Shown: positions 57,296 to 64,000 of the stretch, piece by piece | Layout of the letters: each line of letters starts with the position of its first letter | Position numbering within the stretch: the stretch's first letter is position 1 | Assembly: GCA_041740355.1 (NCBI GenBank) | Contig: JBGSMD010000030.1 | Span: forward strand, 96,001-160,000 | DNA from: Bdellovibrionota bacterium | GTDB lineage: Bacteria > Bdellovibrionota_C > UBA2361 > CALJRW01 | Direction of reading: 5' to 3' | DNA length: 64,000 nt | Translations under genes and position numbers: made by a program | Notes under the pieces: model-generated | Database searches by the model: none | Told to the model about the DNA's origin: nothing | The model's input: the letters and a program-made list of their open reading frames with translations, nothing else

Positions 57296-60200
57296 ATGGT
57301 TAATCCTCGCCTAGTCTTTACGGCTTTCATTTCTATTGCCATAATTTTCTTTACCAATATTGCTTGCTCCGAAGAGGAAGGACCAGTTAATCACGTGGTT
57401 CCCTTAATGGATGTTCAGGTTCCACTGATTCCAAATTTAGGTCAATTTGATTCTAGTATTAAATATTCTGCTGGTACTTTTTTAGGTCAGGTTTTAATTT
57501 CCGAAAGTAATTTAACTTATGTCATTCCCAAGTTTGAAGAAAATTCCTTAACTCCCGAATCTGGTGAAATCCCTGCTGTGATTCTTAGAGAAAGTTTTGT
57601 TGGTGTAGAATCCTACAACTTAACAAGTGGTACTGAGGCTGGAATTGCTGCTAATTTTTATAATCAACCGGAAGCATTTTTATCAGATGTAACAACTTAT
57701 CAAGAAGTGAAGGCCTTAGAATTATGGCCAGGGATTAATTTAACTCTAAGAGCGGGTTATTCTAATTTAGAAAAAATATTTGAAGTTGAACCTGGTATTG
57801 ATACTCAGCAAATCCAAATTAGTTTTGAAGGACATGAGTCTTTAAGTATTGATTCGGAAGGTCAGTTAGAAGTTGAGACAGGCTTAGGTATTATTAGATT
57901 TTCAGCACCAATAGCTTGGCAACAATTAGGATCTGAAGCAGTCGCAGTTGAAGTACAGTATCGAATTGTAAATCAGAACGTTTATGGATTTACACTTGGC
58001 GAATATAATTCGGATTATCCAGTATTAATCGATCCTTTAATTGTAGCTACTTACATTGGTGGCACTGGAACAGAAAATTTAAATGGAATTGCCAAGGATA
58101 GCTCTGGTAATGTTTATGTAGTCGGCAATTCTAGTGTTAGTAATGGCTTAACTGGCGCACCTTATACTCCACCTGGACCAGGTGTGGGAACTGTTACTGC
58201 TGGGCAAGATGTTGTTGTGTTTAAACTTAATCCACAGTTAACCAGTTTAACTAGTTGGGCAGTCTTAGGTGGAACTGGAACTGATGTCGGTAGAGACATT
58301 GCCGTATCACCTGCTGGAGATGTCTATGTGCTTAGTACTTGCACTGCTCTTTTCCCAACAACAATTGGTGCCTATGACACTTTAGTAAATAGTACCGCTG
58401 ATATTTGTATTTCTCGCTTAACTTCTGGACTTAATACTTTAACGGCCTCAACATTCATTGGCGGTAGTGCTGCTGAAGTAGCTGGAAATATTTTATATGA
58501 CAATACTAACAATCGCGTAATTATCTCGGGAACTGCTGGTGCTGCTTATCCAGTAACTTGTACTTTAGAAGGAGTGTGTACAGCATTCCAAGCGGTGGCA
58601 TCGACTAGTCCTGATTTTGTTCTTTCGGTTTTTAATCCAAGTTTGAGCACAACTTCCTTACTAAGTTCTACATATTATGGAGGAACTGGAACTGAAAGTA
58701 TTCCAGGCTTAGGGTTAACAGCGACTGATACACTCGCCTTAGATAGTGCTGGAAATATTATTTTCACAGGACTAACAGGCTCCTCTGGCTTGGCTAGTAT
58801 CGGTGGCTATGATAGCACAGCAATTGCTGGCACAAGTGATGCAATTATTGCTAAGTTTAGTCCAAGCCTATCATTAACTAGTAGAATTGGAGCTACGTAT
58901 TATGCGGAAACTAGTGGCGCCACAGTGGAAGCAGGATATGCGGTAGAGGTTGATAGTGCTGATAATATTTATATGGCTGGAACTGTTGCGGCAAATACAG
59001 TTCCCACAACTTTTGGTGCTTATAGTCAATTTCTTCATGGTACTACTGATATTATTCTAACAAAATTTAACAGCACGCTTTCCTCATTATTAGCAGGAAC
59101 TTTCTTGGGTGGGACGGGTGTTGATACGCCGACAAGTTTATCACTAGATAGTAATGGCAAATTAATTATTACTGGGAATGTCTCGGCAGCTATCGCCACA
59201 AATCCAACCGCTTGTTATCCAACTTTTGTCACTTCCACGGAAGGTGTTGTAATTAAGATTTCTACGGACTTAGCAACAGCTTATCAAGCAACTTATTTTG
59301 CAGGCACGGGTGCAAATGAATCAGTCAATGATTTAATTATGCATGATGATTTAATTCATTTTGTCGGAAATACTAATACCACAGGTTTATCGGGTGGTGT
59401 GGATACCGTTATTTCGGGCATCGATGGTTTTATTGCTCGGATGGACGCGGATCTCTGTGTCGCGCCAGCAGTTATTAATATTACCAGCTCTGTGGCAAAT
59501 GGAACTTATGGGATTGGAGATATTATTCCGATTGATGTTGTCTTTACTGGACCAGTAAATGCAATTGGAATTCCTGCCTTAACATTAGAAACCGGAACTA
59601 CCGACCAAGTTATTAATTATAGTAGTGGGACTGGGACAGCTACTTTGACATTTAATTATACAGTGGTAGCAGGGGATAGTAATGCAGATTTAGATTACCT
59701 TTCCACATCAGCACTCAGTACTATTATTCAAAGTATTGGTGGAACTGCTGCCAACCTGACCCTATTTGACCCAGGCAATGAGTACTCACTGAGTCATAAT
59801 AAAAATATTGTTATTGATGGGACTGCTCCAAGCATACCAAGTGTTAGTGCCCCTTTAACAGGCAGTCAAATTAATGATAGCACTCCAACAATTGCCGGAT
59901 TAGCAGAAGTTGGTGCGACTGTTAATGTTAATAATGGCATGCTTAATTTGTGCTCAGTAATTGCTGACAGTTTTGGTGTTTGGAGTTGCACGTTACCAGC
60001 TCAAATTGATGCTACTTATAATCTTAGTATTACAGCAACTGACACTGCTGGTAATGATAGTTCGGTTTTGAACTATTCTCTGATAATAGATACAGTTGCA
60101 CCTAGTGGCATTTCAATTTCTGATCCGACAGCATTATCTATCACTAGTGATCAGACTTACACAGTTATAGGGACGACCGAGGCATTTGCTGAAGTTGTTG

Positions 60201-62485
60201 TCACAGAAGGTGCTAATACTCTTTGTAATACTGTAGCTAATGCGATTGGAGACTGGACTTGTACAACTATCTCTTTGATTGATGGGCCACATACAATTAT
60301 TGCTACTGCTACAGATAATGCTGAGAATACTCTTGCCTCTGGCTCCACTACTTTTTCTATAGACACAGTAGCGCCAAATCCGATTATTATTTCAGTTCCA
60401 AGTAATAATTTTATTACCAATGATTCAACACCACTAGTTAGTGGCGTAGGTGAAACGGGTACTACCATCGAGGTGAAAGAAGGTACAGATTTACTTTGCT
60501 CTACAGTTGTGATTGCAGGTGCTTGGTCTTGTAGCTCTACTTTATTACTAGAGGGGACACATTTAATTTTTACTGAGTCTGTTGATCTTGCCGGAAATAT
60601 GGCGGTAAGTAGTTCTATTTCTTTTGATTTAGATCTTACCTTACCAAATCCACCTATTATTACTTCGCCAGTTAATAATACGACTACTTCCGATACAACA
60701 CCACTTATAAGTGGATCGGCAGAGGCAAATTCGATCATATCAATTTATGATGGAATAACTCTACTTGGTACTAGTATTGCTAATGGATCTGGCGATTGGT
60801 CATATGCGTCTGTTGGAATCCTAAGTGACGGGGTTCATAGTATTAATGTTCAAGCCAAAGACTCTGCCAATAATGATAGTGCGATGAGTGGAATAAATTT
60901 GATTATCGACACTACGTCTCCAATTATTCCTAGCATTAACTTACCATTAAACGGAAGCAAAACTAATGATACTTCACCTGAACTAAGTGGTTTAGCAGAA
61001 GTTGGCACAACAGTTAGTGTTAATTTAGGACTTACAACATTGTGTACCGATATTGCTGATGGATTAGGAAGTTGGTCATGTACCTTACCAGCACAATTAG
61101 ATGGTGAATATATATTTAATGTCTTTGCAACTGATGATGCTGGAAATAACAGCTTAGTAGTTAATAGTAATTTTGAAATTGATACACTCCCTCCTACTAG
61201 TGTCGATATTTTAGATCCAAGCGAACTTCAAGTTACCAGTGATAATACTTATGGGATTACAGGTACGACGGAAGGCTTAGCTTCGATTACAGTAAGCGAA
61301 GGTCTTAATATTCTTTGCAGCACAAATGCTGATCTTGTTGGTGCTTGGACTTGTAATACTGTAGCTCTAGTCGATGGGGCTCATTCAATAATAGCTACAG
61401 CAACAGACGCAGCTGGTAATTCCGTATCATCTTCGGCAGTAGCCTATAGTGTCGATACTGTTGCTCCCAATTCAGTTGTAATTACAAACCCAGTTAATAA
61501 TTTTGTTACTAATAACTCTGTACCAAATATTAGTGGTGTCGGAGAAACTGGTGTTAATATTGAAGTAAATGAAGGCGGCACAACTCTTTGTTCAACAACT
61601 GTTACCGCTGGTGCTTGGTCATGTACATCTTCGGTTTTAACTGATGGTAGCCATGATTTATTTGTTGAAGCTACAGATGCTGCGAGTAATAATGCAACAG
61701 GTAATATAATTACTTTAAATGTTGATACTTCAAAACCATCGGCACCAATTATTTCTTCTCCTAGTAATAATTCGAATACAGAAGACCGAACGCCACTTTT
61801 TGTAGGAACTGCGGAAGTAAATTCTGTTGTTTCAATTTACGATGGTGCAGTCTTGCTTGGAACTACAAATACAAATAATTTAGGGGCTTGGGTTTATGCT
61901 TCCGGTAGTGCACTTACTGATGGAGCTCATAATATTAATATCAGAGCGACTGATTCAGCAGGCAATGAAAGTGAAAGTACGGCTATAACTTTAAATGTCA
62001 TTTCGTTTAGCAATTTACTTTGTCAGGAAGTAAATTATAATAATACTTTGTCAATTATAGATCGTCAGGCATTAAAATTAAATAAAAGAGTTGCTAGTGC
62101 TGGACGTTTAAATCGACAATTAGCTCGTGCTGGTATTTGTAAAAGAGTAACTGCTCAGATAAAAAATGCTAATCGTGATGCTGCAGAGCTTGATTATGCT
62201 GATATTAGTTTTGTTCTTGCTAATGCTTTACCCCAAGATCAAACATATCAATGTGCTAGTGGATTACCGGCGGGTTGTTCAGCCGTTGAGATTCAAACTT
62301 CAAGGGATAAAATTAATGCCCGTTCCAGTAATATAGAAAATCTAATTAATAAAAATCTCGGAAATTGTCGGGATTTAAATTCCTCAGCACTGTCTCAGGC
62401 GTTGCGCGCCAGAAAACTTGTTATGAAGATTAATTCTAGTGCTTTAGAGATACCGGTGGACCTTAGTTATTGTCCATTATCATGA
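57296..62485 (+). CDS. Large secreted/surface protein: SBBP beta-propeller repeats + bacterial Ig-like repeats + basic Cys-containing C-terminal domain
   Basis: N-terminal PNLGQFD..IDP domain, repeated TY(I/Y)GGTGT(E/D)..D..GN motifs, eight DT..P..ATD.AGN Ig units. Confidence 0.88.
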   Translation: MVNPRLVFTAFISIAIIFFTNIACSEEEGPVNHVVPLMDVQVPLIPNLGQFDSSIKYSAGTFLGQVLISESNLTYVIPKFEENSLTPESGEIPAVILRESFVGVESYNLTSGTEAGIAANFYNQPEAFLSDVTTYQEVKALELWPGINLTLRAGYSNLEKIFEVEPGIDTQQIQISFEGHESLSIDSEGQLEVETGLGIIRFSAPIAWQQLGSEAVAVEVQYRIVNQNVYGFTLGEYNSDYPVLIDPLIVATYIGGTGTENLNGIAKDSSGNVYVVGNSSVSNGLTGAPYTPPGPGVGTVTAGQDVVVFKLNPQLTSLTSWAVLGGTGTDVGRDIAVSPAGDVYVLSTCTALFPTTIGAYDTLVNSTADICISRLTSGLNTLTASTFIGGSAAEVAGNILYDNTNNRVIISGTAGAAYPVTCTLEGVCTAFQAVASTSPDFVLSVFNPSLSTTSLLSSTYYGGTGTESIPGLGLTATDTLALDSAGNIIFTGLTGSSGLASIGGYDSTAIAGTSDAIIAKFSPSLSLTSRIGATYYAETSGATVEAGYAVEVDSADNIYMAGTVAANTVPTTFGAYSQFLHGTTDIILTKFNSTLSSLLAGTFLGGTGVDTPTSLSLDSNGKLIITGNVSAAIATNPTACYPTFVTSTEGVVIKISTDLATAYQATYFAGTGANESVNDLIMHDDLIHFVGNTNTTGLSGGVDTVISGIDGFIARMDADLCVAPAVINITSSVANGTYGIGDIIPIDVVFTGPVNAIGIPALTLETGTTDQVINYSSGTGTATLTFNYTVVAGDSNADLDYLSTSALSTIIQSIGGTAANLTLFDPGNEYSLSHNKNIVIDGTAPSIPSVSAPLTGSQINDSTPTIAGLAEVGATVNVNNGMLNLCSVIADSFGVWSCTLPAQIDATYNLSITATDTAGNDSSVLNYSLIIDTVAPSGISISDPTALSITSDQTYTVIGTTEAFAEVVVTEGANTLCNTVANAIGDWTCTTISLIDGPHTIIATATDNAENTLASGSTTFSIDTVAPNPIIISVPSNNFITNDSTPLVSGVGETGTTIEVKEGTDLLCSTVVIAGAWSCSSTLLLEGTHLIFTESVDLAGNMAVSSSISFDLDLTLPNPPIITSPVNNTTTSDTTPLISGSAEANSIISIYDGITLLGTSIANGSGDWSYASVGILSDGVHSINVQAKDSANNDSAMSGINLIIDTTSPIIPSINLPLNGSKTNDTSPELSGLAEVGTTVSVNLGLTTLCTDIADGLGSWSCTLPAQLDGEYIFNVFATDDAGNNSLVVNSNFEIDTLPPTSVDILDPSELQVTSDNTYGITGTTEGLASITVSEGLNILCSTNADLVGAWTCNTVALVDGAHSIIATATDAAGNSVSSSAVAYSVDTVAPNSVVITNPVNNFVTNNSVPNISGVGETGVNIEVNEGGTTLCSTTVTAGAWSCTSSVLTDGSHDLFVEATDAASNNATGNIITLNVDTSKPSAPIISSPSNNSNTEDRTPLFVGTAEVNSVVSIYDGAVLLGTTNTNNLGAWVYASGSALTDGAHNINIRATDSAGNESESTAITLNVISFSNLLCQEVNYNNTLSIIDRQALKLNKRVASAGRLNRQLARAGICKRVTAQIKNANRDAAELDYADISFVLANALPQDQTYQCASGLPAGCSAVEIQTSRDKINARSSNIENLINKNLGNCRDLNSSALSQALRARKLVMKINSSALEIPVDLSYCPLS

Positions 62486-62575
62486 GAATAATTATTTCTA
62501 TTTAGTAATTAATAAGCACCATTATGCTTTTTAGTAGATTTTGTTAGTTTTAATAATTTATTTTTAAAATTACTA

Positions 62576-64000
62576 CTATCCACCATTAACATACCGCTCT
62601 GTAATATATCTAAAGAGCACATTATTCCAGTAGTGCGTAATCCCCATTGTGTTCAATACTGATATTAATGATTTATTGACATCCCCGTTAACAGAGCGGT
62701 AACCAGAATAGGTCCAAGAGGGGCTAGCATCACAGGCTGTCCATCCTGATTTCCATTCGGGCATACCAATATGGCTATCGCTATATGGTGTCCTTGGAGG
62801 ATTGAATGTTGGGCCTTTGATTTTAGAACAGGCAACATCTTCTTTCGTTACAATAAAATGTTGTTGATCTTCATGGAAAATATTGTTTTGAGTAAAGTTA
62901 GCTTGTCTTTTCATGTCAGCATTGTTAAGCGCCTCTGCCGCAATAATGAGTGGTAGCTTTCTACCCATATGGTGTCCCCCATTTGCTCCCCATACCATTC
63001 CATCATTAGCTAATCCAGCAACATCAATACCCCACTGAATTAAATGAATTGCTACTTCTTCTTTGTTTTCTGCACCCACATTATAGTTTAAGTAGGAGGC
63101 GGCTTGAATGCTTCCAATTGAGATTTCTCGACCATAAGTTCTGATAAGGCCGTTACTTTTCATTTCTAAATTATTTGCTTTAAATGAAGTATTAGGATTA
63201 GCGGAAGGAGAAATTACAAAATCTAAAAGTGGTCGTTTTATATTTGTAATTATTTTTTGCCGATCTGGCAGTGTTCCGGTAACTGGTAGGTTCTTAAAAA
63301 TACCCATATTCACATTTGATCTTCGATATTTAATACTCCGGTCATGCGCTCCTGCATATGCAGGTCTGAAAGCATCTGCGGGTGGGATTTCAGCTAATAC
63401 CGTTAAAACGGCGAACTCATTGAAGTACGTAGCAAGTTGTTTGCGGTCTGCTGCTCCTCCCGCTTGTCCGTTGTTTGTAGAAATTGTAGCAATAGTCGTA
63501 CCGGCAGGTATCAGTTTAGAGAGTTTGTCAGCAATATTTAAATTTGAATCGTATCTAACATAACCGCTGTACGAACCGAACCCTTGAGGTCGAACAGCAT
63601 TGGGTCCTTCATTTGCAACGCGTGGATTTAGGGTGGTTCCGTTCCAAACATCGCTATCTTGTACTTTATAACTATAGACTCCATTACTAAAAGTGACCGC
63701 TGTTACTGTAACTTTATTCAAAGTTATAGGCCCCTTTACCCAGTTATCTCCATTGATAAACTTCCCACATTTGTACATCCCATCAAAATACCAAGTGATA
63801 CCGTACTGACTAATACTACTGCAATCTTTCACGACTCCTAAGCTACCTTTCTCGGAAGTGCAACTGGCGTTTGTACCACCAGATTCGCCTAGGCATTCCC
63901 ACAAGTATTGTGTTGAATTATCAGCCAAATCTCGAAATGTTCCGCTGTTACAATAATTGATGCTACTTCCACAGGTTCCGTTCTGAGGTGGAATTATAAT
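62576..64000 (-). CDS. Hypothetical Cys-repeat protein, 5' end beyond the window (partial)
   Basis: Frame open to the window edge; NGTCG..C..G..WEC.G..GG...SC motif followed by a domain with SQYGITW, FRPAYAG, YGRE, QWGID and NGGHHMGRK motifs. Confidence 0.8.
   Translation of the reverse strand: MIIPPQNGTCGSSINYCNSGTFRDLADNSTQYLWECLGESGGTNASCTSEKGSLGVVKDCSSISQYGITWYFDGMYKCGKFINGDNWVKGPITLNKVTVTAVTFSNGVYSYKVQDSDVWNGTTLNPRVANEGPNAVRPQGFGSYSGYVRYDSNLNIADKLSKLIPAGTTIATISTNNGQAGGAADRKQLATYFNEFAVLTVLAEIPPADAFRPAYAGAHDRSIKYRRSNVNMGIFKNLPVTGTLPDRQKIITNIKRPLLDFVISPSANPNTSFKANNLEMKSNGLIRTYGREISIGSIQAASYLNYNVGAENKEEVAIHLIQWGIDVAGLANDGMVWGANGGHHMGRKLPLIIAAEALNNADMKRQANFTQNNIFHEDQQHFIVTKEDVACSKIKGPTFNPPRTPYSDSHIGMPEWKSGWTACDASPSWTYSGYRSVNGDVNKSLISVLNTMGITHYWNNVLFRYITERYVNGG

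Noticed and set aside
60157-60738. 193-aa antisense ORF and the many other short overlapping ORFs in the track
   Set aside because: Shadow frames of well-supported genes, with no independent motifs

Overview
AT-rich bacterial chromosome segment, mostly housekeeping. The IhfB/LexA/SecD style and the secreted Ig/SBBP proteins suggest a deltaproteobacterial or Bdellovibrionota/SAR324-like lineage (inference, not tested). Gene order: yajC-secD-secF-nadE; a FadJ-type beta-oxidation enzyme; a lexA-recA-(RuvC-like)-(secreted EEP nuclease) cluster; a LysM/M23 peptidase; tRNA-Arg(CCT). An accessory sulfatase region follows: FGE pseudogene, OprB porin, substrate-binding protein, beta-barrel and Cys-type arylsulfatase. 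The remainder carries a SET protein, ExoI-like nuclease, CPA2 antiporter, SelO, a 1371-aa membrane protein, alr, an ArgA-like protein, ihfB, asd, truA, a Ser/Thr kinase, sppA, hemJ, a divergent MetX behind a non-canonical SAM-type riboswitch, ilvB-ilvN-ilvD, GPx, an AbiE-like TA pair, an ABC-F, a His-rich permease and two large surface proteins. The most unusual signals are non-coding: (1) a 30-nt REP-like hairpin unit found in the loops of other hairpins and twice nested precisely inside another copy of itself; (2) several modular palindromic or MITE-like families; (3) a kink-turn-less SAM riboswitch variant; (4) a candidate new LexA operator; (5) signs of leaderless transcripts. No CRISPR array, rRNA, integrase or transposase was seen. 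All calls come from motif recognition by eye; no searches were run.
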